Assembly: GCA_035536715.1 (NCBI GenBank)
Contig: DATLNO010000077.1
Span: 9,221-73,220, forward strand
Reading direction: 5' to 3'
Origin: Solirubrobacteraceae bacterium
Lineage (GTDB): Bacteria > Actinomycetota > Thermoleophilia > Solirubrobacterales > Solirubrobacteraceae
Length of the DNA stretch: 64,000 nucleotides
The notes under the pieces were generated by a model. The model had not been told where the DNA came from. It saw only the letters and a program-made list of their open reading frames with translations, and did no database searches. Positions 1 through 10,861 of the stretch are shown in pieces; position 1 is the stretch's first letter; every line of letters starts with the position of its first letter. Position numbers and translations under genes: made by a program.

Positions 1-81
1 GCAACCGTCGGCAGGCGACGATCATTCGTCGCACCCGGCGACCCGTCGGGGGCCCGATCACCCGTGCGCTTCCCTCCGGTC

Positions 82-1347
<1,266 letters not shown>

Positions 1348-1356
1348 CGCTTGCGC

Positions 1357-2526
1357 TCAGCCTCGGATCGCGCTGGTGGCGTCGCCGGCGGCCCTGGGCC
1401 GCGGCGGTATCGGACCGCGCTTGCGCGCGAAGCGCAGCTGCGAGGACGGATCCCAGAGGCGGACCTCGAGTCCGGCAACCTCGGCCGCGACGTCGCCGAC
1501 GCTCGCCTGCCGATCCACCGCGGGCGTCTCGCCGGCAAGGTGGCCGCTGCGGTTGTCGGGGCGCGGGTTGGCGCCGTTGTCGGGCTGGCGCGCGACGTTC
1601 AGGCCGAGGTTCTCGAACATCGCCCGGTCCTCCTCGGGCGTGTTGCCGAGCGTCGTGAGGAAGTTGCCCATCATCACGCCGTTGATGCCGGCGCGAACCG
1701 CGAGCTGCTGCAGGTCACCGATGTTCTCCACGCGGCCGCCGCACAGGCGAAACAGCGCGTCGGGCAGGATCAGGCGGAAGATCGCGATCCACTTCACGGC
1801 CTCCCACGGGTCCATGTGGTCGCGGTCGCCGAACTTCGTTCCCGGGCGCGGGTTGAGCAGGTTGATCGGCACCGAGGTCGGGTCGATCTCCGAGAGCTCG
1901 AAGGCCATCTCGACGCGCTGCTCGCGTGACTCGCCGAGGTTGAGGATGCCGCCGACGCATGTCTCGAGGCCGGCTTCGCGGACGGCGTCGATCGTGTTCA
2001 GCCGGCCCTGGTAGCGGACCGTCTGCGAGACCTCCGGGTAGTAGGACTCGGCGGTCTCGACGTTGTGATGCACGCGCTGCACCCCGGCCTCCTTCAGCGC
2101 CTTGGCCCGTGTCCGCGACATGTGCCCGATCGACGCGCAGCGCTTGAGGTTCGTGTGTTCGGCGACCAGGCGCGTGCCCTCGAGCACCTTCTCGAAGTCG
2201 CGCTTGGAGAGGCCCTGGCCCTGGGTGACCATGCAGAACCGGTGTGCGCCGGCGGCCTCGGCCGCGCGGGCGTGCTCGAGAATCTGCGCGGGTTCCATCA
2301 TCGCGTGCATCGGCGTCTGCGCCTCCGCGAAGCGCGACTGGGCGCAGAAGCCGCAGTCCTGCGCGCAGCCACCGGACTTCGCGTTGACGAGCGAGCACAT
2401 GTCGGTGGCGTCGTCGAAGCGCTCGAGGCGCGCCTGCCAGGCGCGCTCGATCAGCGCCTCGATCTCTGCGGGCTCCTCGAGGTCGCCGAGCCGCAGCGCC
2501 TCCTCGCGGGTGATCAGCGGTGCCAT
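1357..2526 (-). CDS. bioB: biotin synthase (radical SAM)
   Basis: CxxxCxxC motif GGCAQDCGFCAQS, plus YHNVETAE-like and GGILNLGE motifs. ATG at 2526 (MAPLITREEALRL) is preferred over the track start at 2559. There is a C-terminal extension of about 60 aa compared with typical BioB. Confidence 0.85.
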   Translation of the reverse strand: MAPLITREEALRLGDLEEPAEIEALIERAWQARLERFDDATDMCSLVNAKSGGCAQDCGFCAQSRFAEAQTPMHAMMEPAQILEHARAAEAAGAHRFCMVTQGQGLSKRDFEKVLEGTRLVAEHTNLKRCASIGHMSRTRAKALKEAGVQRVHHNVETAESYYPEVSQTVRYQGRLNTIDAVREAGLETCVGGILNLGESREQRVEMAFELSEIDPTSVPINLLNPRPGTKFGDRDHMDPWEAVKWIAIFRLILPDALFRLCGGRVENIGDLQQLAVRAGINGVMMGNFLTTLGNTPEEDRAMFENLGLNVARQPDNGANPRPDNRSGHLAGETPAVDRQASVGDVAAEVAGLEVRLWDPSSQLRFARKRGPIPPRPRAAGDATSAIRG

Positions 2527-2614
2527 CGCGCGGCAGCGTCGCAGCCGCGCCGGACGCACGGTCTACTCCGCGGCCGGCAACTCGCGCCTCGGTTCCCTGA
2601 GTCATCATGTGGCG

Positions 2615-2806
2615 ATGCAGCGTCCGCGTACCGAGGCCGAGATCGCCGCCTGGAAGGCGAGCGATGCCGAGCGCAACGAGCGTGCGCGAGCCGAACGTCT
2701 GCGTAGCGACGGCGCCCGCAGCCCGAGCGAGAACCTCGCCGAGGGGATCGCGCTCGCCCGCTCCGCAGGGGCGTTCTTCGGCGCAGCGCTGCGCACCCGG
2801 ACATGA
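2615..2806 (+). CDS. small hypothetical protein (63 aa), possible partner of the downstream nucleotidyltransferase
   Basis: ATG at 2615 in the 3' part of track ORF 2102..2806 (MQRPRTEAEIAAWKASDAERNERARAERL...). Its stop overlaps the next ATG (ATGA at 2803-2806). Confidence 0.35.
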   Translation: MQRPRTEAEIAAWKASDAERNERARAERLRSDGARSPSENLAEGIALARSAGAFFGAALRTRT

Positions 2807-3312
2807 GCGGTCCGCTGGACCCCGTTCCGTTGCTCGGCGCGCTCGCGTCCGCAGGTGTCGAGCACGTCGTGATCGGAGGCTTCGCGGTCATTGCGCACGG
2901 TGTCGTGCGCGTTACGACGGATCTGGATATCTGTCCCGCTCCGGATCGGGGGAATCTCGCCCGGCTCGCGGAATGTCTTTCGGCACTTGCGGTGGAGCAG
3001 GTCGGCGCGAACGACTTCGGCGAAGACGAGATGCCGTTCGACCCGAGGCGAGCAGACGATCTCGCCCAGGGCGGCAACTTCCGGCTGCGTTCATCACTGG
3101 GCGCCCTGGACATCATGCAGTCGGTCGCGGGAGTCGAGGGCGAGCACGCGTACCCAGCGCTCATCACGAGCGCAATTGACGCTGACGTCGCGGGGACGGC
3201 CGTACGTATCTGCTCGCTGCACCAGCTTCGCGCAATGAAGCGTGCCGCCGGCCGCCCGCAGGACCTCCAGGATCTCGCCGACCTCGCGATCGCGCACGGC
3301 GACGACGAGTAA
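2803..3312 (+). CDS. nucleotidyltransferase-fold protein (minimal NTase / AbiEii-like)
   Basis: 169 aa. VIGGFAVIAHG...TTDLDI matches the G[GS]-x(9-12)-DxD pol-beta NTase signature. The C-terminal helical part is MKRAAGRPQDLQDLADL. Confidence 0.5.
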   Translation: MSGPLDPVPLLGALASAGVEHVVIGGFAVIAHGVVRVTTDLDICPAPDRGNLARLAECLSALAVEQVGANDFGEDEMPFDPRRADDLAQGGNFRLRSSLGALDIMQSVAGVEGEHAYPALITSAIDADVAGTAVRICSLHQLRAMKRAAGRPQDLQDLADLAIAHGDDE

Positions 3313-3459
3313 CTGCCCGTCGTCACGTCGCTGTCCGCGATCGAGTGGCCGCGGTCGGACCGCAGCTGAGTCGGCGCTTGCCGTAAGCTTGTGCACAGAA
3401 GTGGGATGAGGCGCCGGGGATCACCGGAGACTCGCCGCCTTGCCACATGGGAGGCCGTC

Positions 3460-4491
3460 ATGGCCGCAGCAGAGCAGGCGATCGTGTTGGCCCCTGAGCG
3501 CCCGTACTGGCGCGAGTCGCTGTCACCGTTCGAGGGTCCGCACCTGGGTCGCAGCATCCGCGACATCGGGACGTCGGTCGTGCCGTTCCTCGCGCTCGCG
3601 GTGCTCATGTACCTCGCGCTCGACATGTCCTACTTCCTGACGCTCGCGCTCGCGATCCCGGCGGCCGGCTTCCTCGTTCGCACGTACATCGTGTTCCACG
3701 ACTGCACGCACGGCTCGTTTCTGCCGTCCAAGCGACTGAACACGTGGCTCGGGACCGCGTTGGGGCTGCTGCTGTTCACGACCTTCGCGGCCTGGCGCCA
3801 CAACCATGCCATTCACCACGCCACCGCCGGCGACCTCGACCGGCGCGGTGTCGGCGACGTCGCGACGAAGAGCGTCGCCGAGTACGCGGCGATGACGCCG
3901 CGGGCGCGGCTGGGCTACCGGCTGTATCGCAATCCCATCGTCATGTTCGGGCTCGGGCCGATCCTCGGGATGATCGTGCAGGCGCGCCTGATCCCGCGCG
4001 GCTGCCGGCCCCGCATCAGGCGCGCGATCATCGCGACGAACGTCGCGCTCGCCGCGCTCATCACCACGCTGTGCCTATTGATCGGGCCGCTGGACTACCT
4101 GCTCGTCCAGCTTCCGCTCGTGCTGCTCACCGGTGCGGCCGGTATCTGGCTGTTCTACGTGCAGCACCAGTTCGAGGACGTCTACTGGGAGACGGGCGAG
4201 CAGTGGAGCTACGCCGAGGCCGCACTGCGCGGAAGCTCGTATCTGAAGCTGCCGAAAGTCCTGCAGTTCTTCACCGGCAACATCGGCCTGCACCATGTCC
4301 ACCATCTCAGCGCGCGGATCCCGAACTACAACCTGCAGCGCGCGCACGACGCCAATCCGATCTTCCACGACGTCCCGACGCTCACGCTCGCCGACGGCCT
4401 GCGCGCGGTCCGCCTCAAGCTCTACGACGAGGAGCAGCGGCGGATGGTCACGTACGCGCAGGCGCGCGCGGCCGGCAACTTCGGCTCGTAA
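3460..4491 (+). CDS. membrane fatty-acid desaturase (three His-box di-iron)
   Basis: His boxes HDCTHGS, HNHAIHH and HHVHHL, with several TM segments. ATG at 3460 is preceded by GGGAGG. Confidence 0.8.
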   Translation: MAAAEQAIVLAPERPYWRESLSPFEGPHLGRSIRDIGTSVVPFLALAVLMYLALDMSYFLTLALAIPAAGFLVRTYIVFHDCTHGSFLPSKRLNTWLGTALGLLLFTTFAAWRHNHAIHHATAGDLDRRGVGDVATKSVAEYAAMTPRARLGYRLYRNPIVMFGLGPILGMIVQARLIPRGCRPRIRRAIIATNVALAALITTLCLLIGPLDYLLVQLPLVLLTGAAGIWLFYVQHQFEDVYWETGEQWSYAEAALRGSSYLKLPKVLQFFTGNIGLHHVHHLSARIPNYNLQRAHDANPIFHDVPTLTLADGLRAVRLKLYDEEQRRMVTYAQARAAGNFGS

Positions 4492-4558
4492 CACGCATCC
4501 GCAAGGCCACGTGTACAAGGGCCGGCGGCGCGCGACTGCGCCGTCCGACCGCCAGTGA

Positions 4559-5347
4559 CTAGCGGCCCTTCCAGCTCGGCGTGCGCTTCTGGGTGAACGC
4601 GAGTACGCCCTCCAGCAGATCCTGGGACTCGAAGCTCGAGGTCCGCAGCGACAGCATCTCGCGCTCGACGTCGGGATCGAGCGCGCCCTCGGCGTGCAGC
4701 AGCTCACGCAGGACGCGCTTGTTGCCGGCCATCGACAGCGGCGAGTTCTGGGCCAGCTGCGTGGCGAGCTCGAACGCCGTCGTGTCGAGCTCGTCGCGCT
4801 CGACAACCCAGTTGACGAGGCCCCAGATCTCAGCCGTCGTCGCGTCGATATAGCGGCCGAGCAGAAACAGCTCGCGCGTGCGCGGCTCGCCGATCGCGTC
4901 GAGGAAGCGACGTAGGCCGGTGTGCGAGTAGATGAGGCCGAGCTTCGCGGGCGGCATGCCGAGCTTGATGTGGCCGCTTGCAAGGCGCAGGTCACAGCTG
5001 AGGGCGAGCTCCAGTCCGCCGCCGATCGCCGACCCGGACAGCACAGCGAGCGTCGGGACGTCGACGGCGTCGAGCGCTGCCAGCGCATCGCAGAACGGGT
5101 GCGCGACGAGCTTCTCCGCCTCTTCGGCGAAGTCCTCCGGCGCGATGTCGCTGATGTCGTAACCCGACGAGAACATGTTGCTCTCGCCGGTCAGGATCAC
5201 GCAGCGCGTATCAGCGTCCAGCGTCGTCAGCGCTTCCGTGATGCCGTCGAGGATCGCGTGGTCGAGCGCATTGCGCTTCGCGGGGTTGGAAATGGCCAGC
5301 CGGAGGACACCATCGGCGGGTCGATCGATGACCACTTCTCCCGGCAT
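4559..5347 (-). CDS. enoyl-CoA hydratase/isomerase (crotonase) family protein
   Basis: LRLAISNPAKRNALD...FSSGYDI...GSAIGGGLELALSCDLR is a canonical crotonase oxyanion-hole pattern. The internal ATG (MPGEVVIDRP) was chosen as start. Confidence 0.8.
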   Translation of the reverse strand: MPGEVVIDRPADGVLRLAISNPAKRNALDHAILDGITEALTTLDADTRCVILTGESNMFSSGYDISDIAPEDFAEEAEKLVAHPFCDALAALDAVDVPTLAVLSGSAIGGGLELALSCDLRLASGHIKLGMPPAKLGLIYSHTGLRRFLDAIGEPRTRELFLLGRYIDATTAEIWGLVNWVVERDELDTTAFELATQLAQNSPLSMAGNKRVLRELLHAEGALDPDVEREMLSLRTSSFESQDLLEGVLAFTQKRTPSWKGR

Positions 5348-5431
5348 AGACGGCGAAACGTAACGGTCCGCGGTGCAGTTAGCACAACGCCTATGGCGCA
5401 TTAGTCCTACGTCGATGAATGCAGCGGTCGG

Positions 5432-5644
5432 CTACTCGAGGATGACGAGCGTGTCGCCCTCGTCGACGGGCTGGCCTTCCTCGCACAGGATCTCCTTGAC
5501 GACGCCTGGGTCCTCGGCCTCGACGGGCATCTCCATCTTCATCGATTCGAGGGTGATGACGGTGTCGCCCTCCTCGATCTGGTCGCCGACCTTGCACTCG
5601 ATCTTCCACACGATGCCCGTGATGTGGGCCTCGACTTCGATCAC
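5432..5644 (-). CDS. stand-alone biotin/lipoyl attachment domain protein (BCCP-like)
   Basis: About 70 aa with the ESMKMEMPV biotinyl-lysine motif. GTG start is preceded by GAGGAGGAG. Confidence 0.75.
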   Translation of the reverse strand: MIEVEAHITGIVWKIECKVGDQIEEGDTVITLESMKMEMPVEAEDPGVVKEILCEEGQPVDEGDTLVILE

Positions 5645-5702
5645 GGCTCCTCCTCGTTCACACATCCGGGCACGTCAAGCGTCTGGCAGAGTAGCCGCCG
5701 GG

Positions 5703-6386
5703 ATGGACGCCGACACGATCGTCATCGTCACCGCGCACGATGAGGCCGATCGACTCGGCGAGACGCTCGCCGCTCTGGGCGAGGCGTTCCCGGGTGCCCG
5801 GGTGCTCGTCGCCGACGACGGATCGACCGATGACACCGCCGCCGTCGCCGCGCGAGGGGGCGCGGAGGTCGTGCGCAGCGAGCAGTCGATCGGCAAGGGC
5901 GGGGCCGCGACGCTCGCGGCCCGGCGCGTCCTCAGCCGCGCGCTGGAACCCGACCCGCCCGTCTTCGTGCTCGTAGACGGCGACCTCGCGCAGAGCGCCA
6001 GACAACTGCCCGCGCTCGCGCAAGCGGTGCGCGACGGGCGCTGCGACCTCGCCGTGGCGGTCTTCGCGAGCCGGGTCGGCGGCGGCTTCGGGTTCGCGAT
6101 CGGCGTTGCGCACAAGGCGATCCGCAGCCTGACCGGCCTTGATCTGCAGGCACCGATCTCCGGCCAGCGCGCGTTGAGCGGCCCGGCGTTCGCGACCGTC
6201 GTGCCGTTCGCGCCGCGCTTCGGCATGGAGATCGGGATGACCGTCGACGCCGCACGGGCCGGCTTTCGGATCGAGGAGATCCCGCTCGACCTCGCTCATC
6301 GCGCGACGGGGCGAACCCTGCGCGGCTTTCTGCACCGCGGCCGCCAGCTCGTCGACTTCCTCGCCGTCTACGCCAGCCGCCGCTGA
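5703..6386 (+). CDS. glycosyltransferase family 2-like protein
   Basis: IVIVTAHDEADRLGETL...VADDGSTDDT, a GT-A DxD-type N-terminus. ATG at 5703 lies inside track ORF 5373..6386. Confidence 0.7.
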   Translation: MDADTIVIVTAHDEADRLGETLAALGEAFPGARVLVADDGSTDDTAAVAARGGAEVVRSEQSIGKGGAATLAARRVLSRALEPDPPVFVLVDGDLAQSARQLPALAQAVRDGRCDLAVAVFASRVGGGFGFAIGVAHKAIRSLTGLDLQAPISGQRALSGPAFATVVPFAPRFGMEIGMTVDAARAGFRIEEIPLDLAHRATGRTLRGFLHRGRQLVDFLAVYASRR

Positions 6387-6397
6387 GGAACGCAGCC

Positions 6398-6823
6398 GTG
6401 GAGAGCGCCGGCTCGATCGTCGAGCTCTACCGCGAGCACACGCAGCGCAGCGAGCCCAGCGACGAGCTCGTCGCGCAGCTGCTGGCGCTGCTCGATCCCG
6501 GCGAGGAGGTCCTGTTCACCTGCGGGTGGGCCGACATGAGCGAGAAGTGGGGACCCCTGGCACAGCTCACGGTCACGTCGCGGCGGATCGTCGACCAGCG
6601 CTGGGCGGGACCGGGCGAGAGCGCGCCGCCGCGCACGGTCGAGCTGCGCGACGTTCTCGCCGCCGCCGACCGCCCGCGTGGCGCATCGTCGCTCTTTCAG
6701 ACGCACGCGCTCGTCCTCGCCCTGGCCGACGGCCAGACGCTGCAATGGGAGCACCTGACGAACCACCAGATCGAGCCGGCGGCGGCCGCAATCGCCACGG
6801 CGCTCGACGACCTCGGCACCTGA
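6398..6823 (+). CDS. hypothetical protein
   Basis: 141-aa ORF with good GC3 bias, 12 nt after the GT2 stop. I did not recognise a family. Confidence 0.45.
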   Translation: MESAGSIVELYREHTQRSEPSDELVAQLLALLDPGEEVLFTCGWADMSEKWGPLAQLTVTSRRIVDQRWAGPGESAPPRTVELRDVLAAADRPRGASSLFQTHALVLALADGQTLQWEHLTNHQIEPAAAAIATALDDLGT

Positions 6824-7093
6824 CGACCTTTCGACCGACGGGCGATCTACGGCGCGGCGAATTTGGACAGGCGTCGATGGGAGACCTCTGGAGCGGGCCG
6901 TACCGTCGATGCATCACCGTCGACGAGCTCTCCCGTCGCCGGCGGCGACAACCTGGCGCGCGTGATGATCGCCACGCAGCAGCGCCGCAATGCCGAGGGC
7001 AACGGCCGGGACCGTCCATCTCCCGGTCCCGGCCGGTCCTCGTCCTCGTGCTCACACCGCATCTCCGTCCCGCGGGCGGGTACGGTCCCAATC

Positions 7094-8590
7094 GTGATCC
7101 TCGCGATCGACCAGGGGACGACCGGCACGACCTGCCTCGTCTTCGACGAGTCCGCGCAGCTCGCCGGCCGCGCCTATCGGGAGTTCGGTCAGCACTTTCC
7201 GCGCCCCGGCTGGGTCGAGCATGACGCCGCTGAGATCTGGGACACGACCGTCGCCGTGGCGCAGGACGCGCTCGACGACGCCGATGTCGCCGACGGCGAG
7301 CTGCAGGCGATCGGGATCACGAACCAGCGCGAGACCGTCTGCGTCTGGGATCCCGGCACCGGAGAGCCGCTGCACCGCGCGCTCGTCTGGCAGGACCGCC
7401 GCACCGCCGCGCGCTGCGACGAGCTGCGCGCCGCCGGGCACGAGGCGCTCGTGCGCACCCGCAGCGGGCTCGTGCTCGACCCGTACTTCAGCGCCACGAA
7501 GATCGAGTGGATGCTCGACAACGTCGACGGCCTGCGCGAGAAGGCGCAGGACGGCGGCGCCGTCTTCGGCACGATCGACGCCTGGCTCGTCTTCAAGCTC
7601 ACCGGCGAGCTGCGCACGGATGCGACGAACGCGTCGCGCACGATGCTCTACGACATCAACCGCGGCGACTGGGACGACGAGCTGCTGGCGCTGTTCGGCG
7701 ACGTGCCACGCGCCGCGCTGCCCGAGGTGCTGCCGAGCATCGGCGAGTTCGGCACGCTGCGCGACGGCGCGCTGGGCGGCCACGACGGTGTCCCCGTCAG
7801 CGGCATCGCGGGCGACCAGCAGGCGGCGCTCTACGGCCAGGGCTGCCTCGAACCGGGCCTCGGCAAGAACACGTACGGCACCGGCTCCTTCGTCCTGCTC
7901 AACTCCGGCGAGAGCGTGCCCACCGCGCCGCCCGGGCTGCTCGCGACCGTCGCGTGGGAACACGGATCGCCATCCGACCGCCGGACGGTCTATGCGCTCG
8001 AAGCCGCGATCTTCGTCACCGGCGCCGCCGTGCAGTGGCTACGCGACGGCCTGGGGATCATCGAGCAGGCGGCCGAGACCGAGCAACTCGCCGGCTCGCT
8101 GGACGCCAACGACGGCGTCTATTTCGTGCCCGCGCTGACGGGCCTCGGCTCGCCGCACTGGGATCCGTATGCGCGCGGGACGATCGTCGGGCTCACGCGC
8201 GGGAGCACCAAGGCGCACATCGCGCGCGCGACGCTCGAGGCGATCGCGTACCAGACCGTCGACGCCGTCCAGGCGATGGAGTCCGCCTCCGGCCGGCCGC
8301 TCGAGGAATTACGCGCCGACGGCGGCGCGACCGAAAACGCCTGGCTCATGCAGTTTCAGTCCGACATGCTCGGCGTGCCTGTCGCGGTCGCCGAGCTGGC
8401 CGAGACGACCGCGCTCGGCGCGGCGCTGCTGGCGGGCGTCGGCGTCGGCGCGTGGACGCAGGACGATGTCGCCCGCCGCGACGCGACGGGCGCGCGCTAC
8501 GAGCCGCAGATGGGGCAGGACGAGCGCGAGGAGCTCCTGCAGCAGTGGCGCCGCGCCGTGCAGCGTTCCGGTGGATGGGCGCGGGGGTAA
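7094..8590 (+). CDS. glpK: glycerol kinase
   Basis: ILAIDQGTTGTT..., ITNQRETVCVWD, GDQQAALYGQ and GTGSFVL are FGGY kinase/GlpK signatures. GTG at 7094 gives about 498 aa; the upstream part of the track ORF is low-complexity. Confidence 0.9.
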   Translation: MILAIDQGTTGTTCLVFDESAQLAGRAYREFGQHFPRPGWVEHDAAEIWDTTVAVAQDALDDADVADGELQAIGITNQRETVCVWDPGTGEPLHRALVWQDRRTAARCDELRAAGHEALVRTRSGLVLDPYFSATKIEWMLDNVDGLREKAQDGGAVFGTIDAWLVFKLTGELRTDATNASRTMLYDINRGDWDDELLALFGDVPRAALPEVLPSIGEFGTLRDGALGGHDGVPVSGIAGDQQAALYGQGCLEPGLGKNTYGTGSFVLLNSGESVPTAPPGLLATVAWEHGSPSDRRTVYALEAAIFVTGAAVQWLRDGLGIIEQAAETEQLAGSLDANDGVYFVPALTGLGSPHWDPYARGTIVGLTRGSTKAHIARATLEAIAYQTVDAVQAMESASGRPLEELRADGGATENAWLMQFQSDMLGVPVAVAELAETTALGAALLAGVGVGAWTQDDVARRDATGARYEPQMGQDEREELLQQWRRAVQRSGGWARG

Positions 8591-8600
8591 AGTTCTTTTC

Positions 8601-9404
8601 ATGGCGAGACTGAAACGGTCCGAGCAACTCGCGGCGATGGGGTCCGGCGGCCGCGATGAGCGCCCCGCCGAGGACTTCGCCGCCTTCCACGAGCGCTCGC
8701 GCACGCAGGAGCCGGACTTCGCCTACGAGATCGTCCGGGTGCTCACCGGCCTCTGGGCGCTGACGTTCTTCCGCACGCGCACGATCTCCAGCGAGAAGGT
8801 CCCGCAGAGCGGCGCCGTGATCCTGGCCCCCAACCACGGCTCCTTCATGGACCACTTCTTCCTCGCCGCGTTCATCCGCCGCAAGGTCCGTTTCATGGCG
8901 AAGTCGCAACTCTTCCAGCCGCCGCTGCAGTACGTCTACTCGCACGGCGGCGTGTTTCCGCTGCGCCGCGGCCACCGCGACGAGGAGGCGTTCATCACGG
9001 CGCGGAAGATCCTCGAGCGCGAGGGCGCCGTCGCGATGTACTGCGAAGGGGCGCGCTCACGCGACGGCACGCTGTCCCAGCGCCCGAAGCCGGGCATCGG
9101 CAAGCTCGCGCTGCAGACCGGCGCACCCGTCGTGCCGGTCGCGATCCACGGCTCGGCGAAGGTGCGCAACTGGCGCCGCGGGCAGTTCCCGAAGGTCACC
9201 GTCCAGTACGGCGACCCGATCCACTGGGAGCGTGTCGAGGACCCGACGCGTGATCAGCAGATGGCTGTCGCGGAGGAGATCTTCGGCGAGATCAAGGTCC
9301 TCCACTCGGGCCTCGAGACGCTTGGCCGCAAGGGCGTGCTGCAGCGCCTGCGCGAGCAGCGCCGGTCCGAACGGCGCGGCAAGAAGCGCACGGCGACCGC
9401 GTAG
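8601..9404 (+). CDS. 1-acyl-sn-glycerol-3-phosphate acyltransferase family protein
   Basis: PNHGSFMDHF (the HX4D acyltransferase motif) and YCEGARSRDG (block III). ATG at 8601. Confidence 0.8.
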   Translation: MARLKRSEQLAAMGSGGRDERPAEDFAAFHERSRTQEPDFAYEIVRVLTGLWALTFFRTRTISSEKVPQSGAVILAPNHGSFMDHFFLAAFIRRKVRFMAKSQLFQPPLQYVYSHGGVFPLRRGHRDEEAFITARKILEREGAVAMYCEGARSRDGTLSQRPKPGIGKLALQTGAPVVPVAIHGSAKVRNWRRGQFPKVTVQYGDPIHWERVEDPTRDQQMAVAEEIFGEIKVLHSGLETLGRKGVLQRLREQRRSERRGKKRTATA

Positions 9405-9494
9405 CGACAGGACCCCTCAACCCGCGCGTACGCTGCGCGGAACGCCACGAACGGCGCAGCCAGCGCGCGGCAGGCCCAGGCGATGGCCGGCGGC

Positions 9495-10808
9495 TCAGGG
9501 CACCTGCGGGTGCGCGTGTGCGCGCGCGTCGGGCAGCGCGAACGGCGCGGCGGGGTCGTCGCGGCGCTCGAGCATCCGCGTCTCGCGCGGCAGCAGCCCG
9601 AGCCCCAGGGCGACGAACGCGACGGCTGCGCCGCCGAGCAGCACCTCGGTCGCGCCGAACGCCTCGGCGGCCGGGCCGGCGAGCACGTAGCCCAGCGGCA
9701 CGAGCCCGAGTGAGACCGTCCAGTCATACGACGTGACGCGCGAGAGCTTGTCCGGCGGGATCCGCTCCGCGAGCGCCGTCAGCCACAGCACGTCGAACAG
9801 CGAGGCGCCAGTGCCGGAGACGACCATCGCCGGAAGGACGACGCCCAGCGGCGCGCCGATCGCGAAGAGCGCGATCGCTCCCGGCCACAGCAGGATGCAC
9901 GTCATGGCCTGCCGCATCGGGTAGCGCGGCCGCCAGCGCAGCGAGGCGAACGAGCCGGCGACCGTGCCCGCGCCGAACGCGGCGAAGACGTAGCCGAAGA
10001 CGGCGAGGTCGCCGTACTGCTCCTTGGCGACGATCGGCCCGATCACGAACAGCGGCGCGATTGCGCAGAACAGCGCGATGCAGAACGCCGCGAGCGTCGC
10101 CCAGACCCACGCGCGCGAGCGCACCTCTGCGAAGCCGATCCGCACGTCGGCCCAGACCGACGCGGGAGCTGCCGGAGCCGTGCTCGCGGATTCGGCGGCC
10201 TTCGCGGACGCCGCGCGATCGCGCGGTGAGATCCGCACGAGCAGCGCGGCGCTGACGAGAAACGTCAGCGCGTCGATGCCGAACGCCGCCGCCGGGCTGA
10301 AGCCGAGCACGAGCACCGTCGCGAGCGCCGGGCCCGCGAACTCGGCGATGTTCGCGAACATCGTCGTGACGGCGTTGGCCTCCTGGATCTCGTCCTCGGG
10401 TACCGTCTGCGGAAGCAGGCCGCTGGCGGCCGGGCGGTAGAACGCCTCGGCCGAGCCGAACAGCACGCCGATGACGACGAGATGCCAGATGCGGACCTCG
10501 CCGGTGACGATGAGCAGCGCAAGCGCGCCGTGCAGCGCGAAGCGCACGAGGTCGGTCGTCACGACGACGAGATGGCGCGGCAGCCGGTCGGCAAAGACAC
10601 CGCCGACGAGCAGGAAGAAGATCAGCGGCAGGCTGTAGGCGGCCATGACGAAGCCGAGATCGACTGCGCTGCCCGTCAGATCGATGACGAACAGCGCGAT
10701 CGCCACAGTGACGATGCGATCCCCGACGACGCTCGCCGAGTTGCCCAGCCAGAGCAGGCGAAAATCGCGGTGGCGCAGGACGCGCATGAGCTGACGCAGG
10801 CCGGGCAT
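9495..10808 (-). CDS. MFS transporter
   Basis: About 12 hydrophobic segments with N-terminus RDFRLLWLGNSASVVGDR, typical of actinobacterial MFS exporters. ATG at 10808. Last gene of the DUF692 operon. Confidence 0.75.
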   Translation of the reverse strand: MPGLRQLMRVLRHRDFRLLWLGNSASVVGDRIVTVAIALFVIDLTGSAVDLGFVMAAYSLPLIFFLLVGGVFADRLPRHLVVVTTDLVRFALHGALALLIVTGEVRIWHLVVIGVLFGSAEAFYRPAASGLLPQTVPEDEIQEANAVTTMFANIAEFAGPALATVLVLGFSPAAAFGIDALTFLVSAALLVRISPRDRAASAKAAESASTAPAAPASVWADVRIGFAEVRSRAWVWATLAAFCIALFCAIAPLFVIGPIVAKEQYGDLAVFGYVFAAFGAGTVAGSFASLRWRPRYPMRQAMTCILLWPGAIALFAIGAPLGVVLPAMVVSGTGASLFDVLWLTALAERIPPDKLSRVTSYDWTVSLGLVPLGYVLAGPAAEAFGATEVLLGGAAVAFVALGLGLLPRETRMLERRDDPAAPFALPDARAHAHPQVP

Positions 10809-10861
10809 GGTATGCGTCAGCGTGACAGGAGGCGGGCCTGCGGCCCTGGCGGATTCGAACC

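Noticed and set aside
1357-1560. C-terminal extension of about 60 aa on BioB, considered as a possible fused domain.
   Set aside because: It is low-complexity (Pro/Arg/Ala/Gly-rich) with no motif. It is probably a disordered tail or late-stop artefact of high GC and is not treated as a separate feature.
9405-9494. Possible bidirectional terminator between the convergent plsC-like and MFS genes (CCGCGC-gtacgct-GCGCGG).
   Set aside because: The stem is only 6 bp and there is no U-tract on either strand, which is too weak to report as a feature.
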